Source: Deltaproteobacteria bacterium (GTDB lineage: Bacteria > Desulfobacterota > Binatia > HRBIN30 > CADEER01). From it: a stretch of 64,000 bases of DNA. Below are positions 43,043 to 53,500 of this stretch, one piece after another; within the stretch, counting starts at the first letter, position 1; every line of letters begins with the position of its first letter. Location of the stretch: assembly GCA_033764095.1 (NCBI GenBank), contig JANRJF010000068.1, forward strand, positions 4,199 to 68,198. Reading direction: 5' to 3'. The notes beneath the pieces are model-generated. The model was not told the DNA's origin. It saw only the letters and a program-made list of their open reading frames with translations, and searched no databases. Made by a program: the position numbers and the translations under genes.

Positions 43043-43092
43043 GGGAAAACGATACGCGCGCGGTTCGGCGCGGGCAAGCCCAAAGGCCCGAA

Positions 43093-43365
43093 TCAGGGCA
43101 TCGGCAGGCCGCGATCGGCGCGGCGCTGCTCGAAGCGCTCGTGCTGCGCGGCGTGCATCGCTTCCTGAGCCGCCAACTGGACGCAGGCTGCCACCCGCGC
43201 TTTGGTGGTGCCAAACTCGCTGGCGACCTGATCCTGCGTGCGGCCGAGCGCCAGCGCGGAGGTCAGATCGTCACACGACGGACGGGCCGCCCGGGCGGCG
43301 ACTGCCCCGCTGCCGATGGCGCTGACGATGACGATTGCGACGAGCCACGGACGAACACCACGCAT
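43093..43365 (-). CDS. Small secreted hypothetical protein (90 aa)
   Basis: Signal peptide MRGVRPWLVAIVIVSAIGSGAVAARA. No known domain. Confidence 0.4.
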   Translation of the reverse strand: MRGVRPWLVAIVIVSAIGSGAVAARAARPSCDDLTSALALGRTQDQVASEFGTTKARVAACVQLAAQEAMHAAQHERFEQRRADRGLPMP

Positions 43366-43420
43366 GTCGCGACCGTAGGCCGCGCCGCGCGGTCAAGTCA
43401 ACGGCGAACGCCGCGCCGAC

Positions 43421-43585
43421 TCAGCTGACCGTCGCCGGGCGCTTCGGCTTGGTGACGACCACGACTTCCTGGCCGTTCACCCGCACCGTGCGCCGGTCAT
43501 TCGGCGTCGGGCTGGTCGACTGTTTGCGCGCCCGGTCGGCGCGCCAGCGGCGCAACTCGTCCTCGAGATCGTTGCTCTTCAACAT
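43421..43585 (-). CDS. Small hypothetical protein (54 aa) immediately downstream of rpoD
   Basis: ATG preceded by AGGAGGAGG at 4-nt spacing. The product MLKSNDLEDELRRWRADRARKQ...VRVNGQEVVVVTKPKRPATVS is basic. It is the C-terminal tail of a long spurious track ORF. Confidence 0.4.
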   Translation of the reverse strand: MLKSNDLEDELRRWRADRARKQSTSPTPNDRRTVRVNGQEVVVVTKPKRPATVS

Positions 43586-43635
43586 GGGCCTCCTCCTTCT
43601 CCCCTCCACACTCCCCGATCGGCCCGCTGACGCCC

Positions 43636-45432
<1,797 letters not shown>

Positions 45433-45748
45433 CTGATTCCCTCCCCCGTCTCAGCCCATCACGGTGTCACTGCACCCGAGCGGCAAGGCGGGGAAGACCC
45501 CGGCGAGCTGCGGATGCGCGCACAGTCGCGTCAAAGGGAGGGACACCAAACGTTGATGAATGAGCGGAAATGACCAGCGGTCGTCATCCGGGTGGAGAGG
45601 CCCACAGGAGATCCTACCGGGCCTCCGATTTCTAGACGGGGCCTGTAGGTGAGTCAAGGCCAACGTGGGGAAAGCAAGTGAAAAGTTCTCTCCGGGCGGC
45701 GGCGTGCCGCTCATGATCCGGGCCGACCCCGGACCCCGGCGGGCTCCC

Positions 45749-47059
45749 TCAATCGTAGTATTCGAGCCCGAGGTGGGTGATCAGCTCTTCGCCACGCAGG
45801 TGGCGGAGGGTGTTCTTGAGCTTCATCAGCTGGATGAAGAGGTCGTGCTCCGGGTAGAGGCCGGGGGCCGTCTGCGGGCTCTTGAAGTAGAAGGAGAGCC
45901 ATTCCTGCACCCCGTGCATGCCGGCACGGTGCGCCAGGTCGAGGAACAGGGCCAGGTCGAGGACCAGCGGGGCGGCCAGGATCGAGTCGCGGCAGAGGAA
46001 GTTGAGCTTGATCTGCATCGGATAGCCGCACCACCCGAAGACGTCGATGTTGTCCCAGCCTTCCTTGTTGTCGCCGCGCGGCGGGTAGTAGTGGATGCTG
46101 ACTCGGTGGACGTAGTCGCGGTAGAGTTCGGGATGGAGGTCCTCGCGCAGGATGACGTCGAGCACCGACAGCTTGCTCTCCTCCTTGGTGCGGAATGAGG
46201 ACGGCTCGTCCAGCACCTCGCCGTCGCGGTTGCCGAGGATATTGGTCGAGAACCAGCCCTTCAGGCCGAGCATGCGCGCCTTGAGGCCGGGCGCGATGAT
46301 CGTCTTCATCAGGGTCTGACCGGTTTTGAAATCTTTACCACAGATGGGCACGCCGCGGTCGTTGGCCAGCTCGACCAGGGCCGGGATGTCGGCGGTCAGG
46401 TTGGGGGCGCCGTTGGCGTAGGGAATACCGAGCTTCAGCGCCGCGTAGGCATACAGCATGCTCGGCGCGATGGCCGGGTCGCTGTTGCGAAGCCCGGCCT
46501 CGAAGGCCTGCAGCGACTGGTGCACCGGCTGCGGCTGCAGGAAGCTCTCGGTGCTGCCGCACCAGATCATCACCAGGCGATCGGCGCGTTGGCGGGCGCG
46601 AAACTCCTCGATGTCGCCCATCAACTGCTCGGCCAGCGCCATTTTCGACGCCGCCTGCTTCACGTGTGGGCCGTTCAGGCGCTTGACGTAGGTGGGGTCG
46701 AACGCCGCCGGCCAGGGCCGCACCGCCTCGAGCTCGTCGCGCACGGCGTGCAGCTGCGTGGCGTCGAGCACGCCGGCCTTGAGGGCGCTCTGGTAACAGG
46801 TGTCGGGAAAGATGTCCCAGGCGCCGAAGGCGAGATCGTCGAGACCGGCCAGGGGCACGAAGTCGCGGATCAGCGGAGTGCGGTTGTCGGTACGTTTGCC
46901 GAGCCGGATGGTGCCGAGTTGGGTCAGCGACCCGATCGGCTGTGCCAGTCCCTTGCGCGCCAACTCGACGCCGGCGACCAGCGTGGTGCTGACTGCGCCG
47001 AGACCTGGCAGCAGAACTCCGAGCCGGCCGGCGGCAGGAGCGATGCGCGCGGCGGTCAT
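45749..47059 (-). CDS. ino1: myo-Inositol-1-phosphate synthase (MIPS)
   Basis: NGAPNLTADIPALVELANDRGVPICGKDFKTGQT and SVLDVILRED are MIPS catalytic-region motifs. 436 aa. Confidence 0.8.
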   Translation of the reverse strand: MTAARIAPAAGRLGVLLPGLGAVSTTLVAGVELARKGLAQPIGSLTQLGTIRLGKRTDNRTPLIRDFVPLAGLDDLAFGAWDIFPDTCYQSALKAGVLDATQLHAVRDELEAVRPWPAAFDPTYVKRLNGPHVKQAASKMALAEQLMGDIEEFRARQRADRLVMIWCGSTESFLQPQPVHQSLQAFEAGLRNSDPAIAPSMLYAYAALKLGIPYANGAPNLTADIPALVELANDRGVPICGKDFKTGQTLMKTIIAPGLKARMLGLKGWFSTNILGNRDGEVLDEPSSFRTKEESKLSVLDVILREDLHPELYRDYVHRVSIHYYPPRGDNKEGWDNIDVFGWCGYPMQIKLNFLCRDSILAAPLVLDLALFLDLAHRAGMHGVQEWLSFYFKSPQTAPGLYPEHDLFIQLMKLKNTLRHLRGEELITHLGLEYYD

Positions 47060-47177
47060 GGCGCGAGGTGCTTAAAGGGTTCGATCCCGCAAGGCAAGGT
47101 AGCGGCGCGGTGTGCGCCTTGACTTGCCGAACCGCTTCGGGAACGGTCGCGCGCATGGGTTGGTGGGGAGGTGAGCG

Positions 47178-48590
47178 GTGAGAGCGGGCGTCGCACTGCT
47201 TGTGGCCGTTCTGGTCGCGGTCGTGGCGAGCGTCTGGTGGTTCAAGCTCGAGCCCGGCCCGCCGACGGTGACGTTCACGTCCGACGCGGCGCTGTTCGGT
47301 CGCACTGCCGCCGGTGAGGTGACGGTCACCGCCGCCGGCCGTCCACCGCTGCGCTGGGTCGAGATCCGCCTCACCGCCAACGGCCAGACGGTGCCGCTGG
47401 CGCGCGAGGAGTTTCCCGCCGACACCGCGCCGCGTCAGGCGACGGTGAAGTTCAACGCCGACCTCACCTCCAGCAACCTGACCGAGGGGCCGGCGACGCT
47501 CGAGGTCGCGGCCGACACCTACGCCTGGCACCTCTTCGGCGGGGCCCGCGGCAATGCCGTCAGTCGCGCGGTCGCGATCGACACCACGCCGCCGCGTATC
47601 GACCTGCTCACCACCCAGCACAACCTGCGCCTGGGCGGCGCCGGCCTGGCGTTGATGCGCGTCAGCCCCGACGCGACCGCGGTCGAGGTGGTCGTCGACC
47701 ACTACGTCTTTCCCGCTGTGCGCGGCTATTTTGCCGACCCGGACGCCACTCTGGTGCTGTTCGCCGTCCCGCAGGACCTGAGCGTGGCGGCGCAACCGCT
47801 GGCGCGCGCCAGCGACGCCGCCGGCAACACCACCGAGGTGGCCCTGCCGGTGACGATCAAGGACCGCAAATTCCCGGAGCGGCAGATGGCGCTCGACGAC
47901 GCGTTCCTGCAGCGCAAGGTGCCGGAAATCCTCGCCAAGGTGGGCAAGCCTGTGCCGACCAACCTGCTCGAGGGCTATCTCACCGTGAACCGCGACGTGC
48001 GCCGCGAGTCGGAGGAGAAGCTCGACGCGGTGACGGCCAGGTCGGCGAACGAGCCACTGTGGACCGGTCCCTTCCACCGCCAGTCGAACGCCGCGCCGAT
48101 GAGCGCCTTCGCCGATCGCCGCGTCTACATGTACCAGGGCCAGGCGGTCGATCGGCAGACGCACCTCGGCTACGACCTTGCCTCGCTCAAGCGCGCTCCG
48201 GTCGAAGCCGCACAGGCCGGCGTGGTGGTGTTCGCCGGCTACCTCGGCATCTACGGCGACGCGGTGGTGATCGACCACGGCTTCGGCGTCGCGACAGTCT
48301 ACGGGCATCTGAGCAGCCTGGCGGTGAAGGAAGGGCAGCACGTCCAGGAGGGCGAGACCATTGGGCAGACCGGTGAGACCGGTCTCGCCGGCGGCGACCA
48401 TCTGCACTTCTCGGTGATGTTGCGCGGTACGCACGTCGACCCGGTGGAATGGTGGGATCCGCACTGGCTGCGCGACCAGGTGACCAGCAAGCTGGCGACG
48501 CTCCCCGCCGCCAAGCCGGCGGCGGCTGTCGCCGCGGAATCGGCGCCGGCTGCGCCGCAGCCCACCGCGCATGCGCAAGCCGCACCCTGA
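47178..48590 (+). CDS. M23 family metallopeptidase (LytM domain) with N-terminal membrane anchor
   Basis: HLGYDLAS...GETGLAGGDHLHFSVMLRGTHVDP matches the HxxxD and HxH M23 motifs. GTG start. Confidence 0.75.
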   Translation: MRAGVALLVAVLVAVVASVWWFKLEPGPPTVTFTSDAALFGRTAAGEVTVTAAGRPPLRWVEIRLTANGQTVPLAREEFPADTAPRQATVKFNADLTSSNLTEGPATLEVAADTYAWHLFGGARGNAVSRAVAIDTTPPRIDLLTTQHNLRLGGAGLALMRVSPDATAVEVVVDHYVFPAVRGYFADPDATLVLFAVPQDLSVAAQPLARASDAAGNTTEVALPVTIKDRKFPERQMALDDAFLQRKVPEILAKVGKPVPTNLLEGYLTVNRDVRRESEEKLDAVTARSANEPLWTGPFHRQSNAAPMSAFADRRVYMYQGQAVDRQTHLGYDLASLKRAPVEAAQAGVVVFAGYLGIYGDAVVIDHGFGVATVYGHLSSLAVKEGQHVQEGETIGQTGETGLAGGDHLHFSVMLRGTHVDPVEWWDPHWLRDQVTSKLATLPAAKPAAAVAAESAPAAPQPTAHAQAAP

Positions 48591-49746
48591 CGAGTTACAG
48601 GCGGCCGGTGAGCAGCGCCTGGCCGAATGGGGCGTGGCGACCGATGCGAGCGTCGCGGCCCTGATCGCCCTGCTGCACCGCGATGCGAGCGCCGACGTCG
48701 CCATCGCGCACCGTCTCGGCGCCATCGCGAGCGCCGAGAGTGCCGCGGCGCTCGCGACACTCGAACGCGAAACCACCGACACACAGCTGCGGCGCGAGGT
48801 GAAGCGCGCGCGTTATCGGCTGCAACAGCGGGGCGTCGAGGTGGCGGCGCCGGCGGCGCCCACGGCCCCGGCGCCGATCCTGGCGACCCCGATCGAAGGC
48901 TACCTCTCACCGCTCGACGGCCGCGGCGACCAACTGGTCTGGCTGGTGAAGCCGCAGCCGAGCGGCGCCTTGCACTTCTTCGCCGTGCTCAACGACCCCG
49001 ACGGGCTGCGCGAGGTGGCGCTGCACGCGGTGACGCGCAAGGCGCTCAAGGCGTTGCGCGGCGAGTTGGAGCGTCGTCACGAGGTGCGCCTGGTGGCGGT
49101 CGACTGGCACTACGCCGACTTCCTCGTGCGCCGCGCCTTCGACTGGGCGCGCGCGCGCGACGCCCGCATGGATGGGGACTACCCGGCGCTGCGCGCCCAG
49201 TTCAGCCGCCAGCCGGCGCCGAGTGAGCGTCCGGGCACCAACCTGCCGGCGATCGACAACGCGGCGACCGATGATGCCGCCGCGCTCGCCGCGTCCGCCG
49301 AGATGCTCGGCGAGCCCGAAATGCGCACCTGGTTCCGGCCGCTGGAGGAGTTGCAGCCGTCGCTCGAAGAGATGTCGAGCGTACGGGAGAGCCCGCTGGT
49401 GCTGAACGAGATGCAGCAGCAGGAGCGTTTCGAATCGATCATCCAGCGCGCCGTCGACGAGTTGTTCGGCGGCGCGCAGCGCGACAGCTGGAGCCGTCGC
49501 TTCGCCGAGCAGGCGGTGTATTTCGCCGCCACCCGCCGGCCGGCGCGCGCCGCGCAGGCGTTGGCGGCGAGCGCCGCGCTGCAGCGCGGGGTCGCGGCGC
49601 ACGAGGTGCCGGTCTGCGCCCAGATCGTGCGCGCCAGCCTGGCGATGTATTTCCAGATGGCGATGCAGCGCGAGCAGGAACGCCAGCAGTCCTCGTTGGT
49701 GATGACGCCGCAACAGGCGGCGGCGCAGCGCCGCCGTCCGCGCTGA
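48571..49746 (+). CDS. Hypothetical protein (391 aa), likely co-transcribed with the M23 peptidase
   Basis: Long ORF overlapping the upstream gene by 20 nt. No recognisable domain. Confidence 0.45.
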   Translation: MRKPHPDELQAAGEQRLAEWGVATDASVAALIALLHRDASADVAIAHRLGAIASAESAAALATLERETTDTQLRREVKRARYRLQQRGVEVAAPAAPTAPAPILATPIEGYLSPLDGRGDQLVWLVKPQPSGALHFFAVLNDPDGLREVALHAVTRKALKALRGELERRHEVRLVAVDWHYADFLVRRAFDWARARDARMDGDYPALRAQFSRQPAPSERPGTNLPAIDNAATDDAAALAASAEMLGEPEMRTWFRPLEELQPSLEEMSSVRESPLVLNEMQQQERFESIIQRAVDELFGGAQRDSWSRRFAEQAVYFAATRRPARAAQALAASAALQRGVAAHEVPVCAQIVRASLAMYFQMAMQREQERQQSSLVMTPQQAAAQRRRPR

Positions 49747-49755
49747 CGCGCGGGC

Positions 49756-50496
49756 TCAGAGCGTGATCGTCAGCCCGTCGCTGGCGAGCTCTTCGGTGAC
49801 CTCGTCGCGCCGCGCGTGCACTTCCCGCCCGAGGTGCGAGAGCACCAGGCGCTTGCAGCCGAAGCGCGCGCGCTGCGCGGCGATGCGCGGGTAATCGAGG
49901 TGGAAGTCCACCCGCGTGTCGAAGAAACAGCATTCGCAGATGAACAGGTCGGTATCGCGCGATTGCGTCACCAGCGCCTCGGTCCAGCCGGTGTCGCCGG
50001 AGTAGAGGACCGTCTTGCCGGCGGTGGACAGCCGGTAGCCGAGCGACACCTCGACCGGTTGGTGCGGCACCGGAAACGAGACGAGGTCGATGTCCTTGAT
50101 CGGCGTGCGGCCGTCGCCATTCAGCTCGACGTAGTCGATCGGGAAGGGGAGCGGACGCGCCGAGATGTCGCGATACATGGCGCGAAACAACTCCGGCACG
50201 CGCGCCGCGGTGCCCGGCGGGCCGGTGATCGTCAACGGCCGGCTGCGCGGCTCGTCGAAGATCCAGCTCAGCAGGAAGAACGGCAGGCCGGCGAAGTGGT
50301 CGCCGTGCAGATGGCTGAGGCAGATGGCGTCGATCGCCTCGATCGACACCCCGTCGCGGCGCATGGCCAGCAGTGCCGAGGGGCCGCAGTCGAGCATCAC
50401 CGTCGCCGACGGCGCCTGGATCAGGTAGCTGGCGTGGCAGCGGGCGCGCGCGTTGAACGCGTCGCCCGTGCCGAGAAATCTCACCGTCACGCTCAC
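49756..50496 (-). CDS. MBL-fold metallo-hydrolase (RNase Z / cyclase-like)
   Basis: LSHLHGDHFAGLPFF (HxHxDH). Confidence 0.7.
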   Translation of the reverse strand: MSVTVRFLGTGDAFNARARCHASYLIQAPSATVMLDCGPSALLAMRRDGVSIEAIDAICLSHLHGDHFAGLPFFLLSWIFDEPRSRPLTITGPPGTAARVPELFRAMYRDISARPLPFPIDYVELNGDGRTPIKDIDLVSFPVPHQPVEVSLGYRLSTAGKTVLYSGDTGWTEALVTQSRDTDLFICECCFFDTRVDFHLDYPRIAAQRARFGCKRLVLSHLGREVHARRDEVTEELASDGLTITL

Positions 50497-50549
50497 CGTC
50501 GCCTCGTGTCGCCCGCCTTATCGCGCCTCGCCGCGCACTTTGCCATGCC

Positions 50550-53500
50550 TCAGGCGCGCGGTCGCGCCAGGCGGTCGAGCTCGCGCAGCACCACCAGGAC
50601 CGCCGGCAGGGTCGGCTGCGGCGTCGCCTTCAGGTCGCCGATCAGTCCGGCGATTCCATCCACCGCATCGCGCCGCGTCTCGCAGTACGCGGCGATGGCT
50701 GCCTCGACCGATGCCTCGTTGCGACGCTCCGCCAGGATCGCGCCGGTGATCAGGCGGCGCGACTCCAGCAGATCCTCCAACAGGCCGACGGCGGCGCGCG
50801 GCGCCCAGCGATCCTCGTCCCCGAGCGTCGACGGCATCATCTGCCGCAGCCAATCGAAGCCGAGCGCCGCGCCGAGGTGGAGGTAGGTCGCCGCGGCCAT
50901 GTCCAACGGGACGCGCGCCGCGGCTGCCACCTGAGTGATCTCCAGCATCTCGTCGAGGCATGACAAGCGCACCAGGCGCTCGGCGAGCGGCTCGGCGATG
51001 CCGAGACCGCTCAGGCCGGTCACCTCGGCCGCGTGGGCCTCGCCGCGCACCGCCGGCAGCAGGGCGGGCCACAGACGGCCGAGCTCGTCGATCGCACCGC
51101 CGAAGGTCTGGCGCAGGGCGGCGAGCGGTTGGGCGCTCGGCACCCGGTCGACCAACCAAAGGGTGGCGCGCTCCAGACCGTCGGCGAGCAGGCGGGTGGC
51201 GCGCTGCGCTGCCGCATGGCTCAACCGCCCGTCGATGGCGTCGAGCTCGGCCTCCAGTGCGGCGCCGTCGCCAAGCAGCCGGGCGCCCACCCAAGCGTGC
51301 ATCACGTCGAGCACGTCGTGCCCGCTGTCGCGCACGCTGCGCACCAGGAAGGTCATGCCCATGCCATCGACCAGGCGATGTGTCAGCTCCAGCGACACGA
51401 TCTCGCGGCGCAACGCGTGGCGGCGCAGCGCGGCGGGGAACTGCGTCGCCAGGGCGCCAGGGAAATAGCCGATCAGAAGCGGCTCGAGCTCGGGATCGTC
51501 GACCAGCGACGACTGCAGCAGGCGACGGCGGAGATCGAGCTTGGTATGCGCCAGCAGCACCGCCAGCTCCGGCCGGGTGAGGCCGCGGTAGACGCCGCGC
51601 CGCAGCCGCAGCGCATCGCGCGACGGCAGCTGCGCGCGCGCGCGGTCGAGCCCGGCCTCGCCTTCCAGGATGGTGACCAGATCGCGGAACGCGGCGAGTT
51701 GGGTGCGCGAGCGCAGCTGGTCGGCGGACAGCGCGCGCGCCTGACGGCGGTTGTGTCCGAGCACCGCGTCGCACACCGGCTCGGCCAGCTCGGTCAGCAC
51801 ACGGGCGCGGGTGGCCGCGGTGAGCTCGCCCCCGGCGGCGAGCGGCTGCAGCGCGATCTTGATGTTCACCTCGTGGTCGGAGCAGTCGACTCCGGCCGAG
51901 TTGTCGATCGCGTCGGTGTTGATGTGGCCGCCGGCGAGTGCGTACTCGACGCGCGCTCGCTGGGTCAGGCCGAGGTTTCCGCCCTCGACCACCACCGTGG
52001 CGCGCAGCTCGCTGGCGTCGATGCGCACGCTGTCGTTGGCGGGATCCGCCACTGCCGCGTGCGTCTCGTCGCTCGCCTTGACGTAGGTGCCGATGCCGCC
52101 GTTCCACAGCAGGTCGACCGGCAGGCGCAGGATGGCCTGCACGATCGCGTCGCCGGAGGGGGCCGCCGCCTCGAGCCCGAGCAGGCGGCGCGCTTCGACG
52201 CTCAGCGGGATGGCCTTGGCGTCACGCGCGTAGGTCCCGCCGCCGGCGCTGAACGCCGCCGGGGCGTAGTCGGCCCAGCTCGAACCGGGCAGGGCGAACA
52301 GCCGCTCGCGCTCTCGCGCCGCGCGCTCGGGATCGGGCGCCGGGTCGAGGAAGACATGGCGGTGGTCGAATGCCGCCACCAGCAGGATGCGGCGCGAGCG
52401 CAGCATCCCGTTGCCGAAGACGTCGCCGCTCATGTCGCCGATGCCGGCGACGCGCACCAGGTCGCGGTCGAGGTCGCGCTCCAGCTCGCGGAAGTGCTGG
52501 CGGGCGCACTCCCAGGCGCCGCGCGCGGTGATGCCGAGGCGCTTGTGGTCGTACCCGTGGCTGCCGCCCGAGGCGAAGGCATCGCCGAGCCAGTAGCCGC
52601 GCCGCTCGGCGAGCGCGTTGGCGCGGTCGGAGAATGCGGCGGTGCCCTTGTCGGCGGCGACGACGAGATAGGCGTCGTCACCGTCGTAGCGCAGCACTTC
52701 GGGCGGGTGGACGACCTGCCCGCGCTCGCGGCTGTCGGTGATCGACAGCAGCGCGTCGATGAAGGCGTCGTACGCCGCGCCGACGCGCTCGCCGTCGGGC
52801 GTGTCGGCGCCGCCGCCGGTGAGCACGAAGCCACCCTTGGCGCCGACCGGGACGATGACGGCGTTCTTCATCACCTGGGTGCGCATCAAGGCCAGGATCT
52901 CGGCGCGGAAGTCGTCCGGCCGATCGCTGAAGCGGATGCCGCCGCGCGCCAACGGGCCGCTGCGCAGGTGCACCCCCTGCAGTCCGACGCCGTGCACCCA
53001 GACCTCGATCGCCGGGCGCGGGGCCGGCAGGTGGGGCAGCCGTGTCGCGTCCAGCTTGAGCGCCAGCGGTGCGCCGGGCGCGCTGCTGTAGGCGTTGGTG
53101 CGCACGGTCGCGGCGACCGCCGCGCCCAGGGCGCGCAACGGGCGATCGTGTCGCAGGCTGGCGACCGCCGCCAGCCGCTCCCGAAAGGTCTGCTCGGCGG
53201 CGGCGACCGGACCCTTCAGGCGGTCGGGCGGCGCCAACGTCGACGCGGCGGGGTCGAAGCGAGCGGCAAACCACGCCGCCAGCGCCGCGGCGCAGGACGG
53301 AGCGGCGAGCAGCGCTGCGCGCACCGCCTGCCGCGAGGCGAGCCCGGTCTGGTGCGTGTGATCGACATAGGCGCGCAGGACGCGTACCGCCCGCCAGTCG
53401 AGCCCGGCGGACAGGATGAGGGCGTTGAGCGCGTCGTCGATCGCCAACCCGGTGCGCATCGCGTGCAGCGCCGCGATCAGCGGCGGCCCGACGCGATCGG

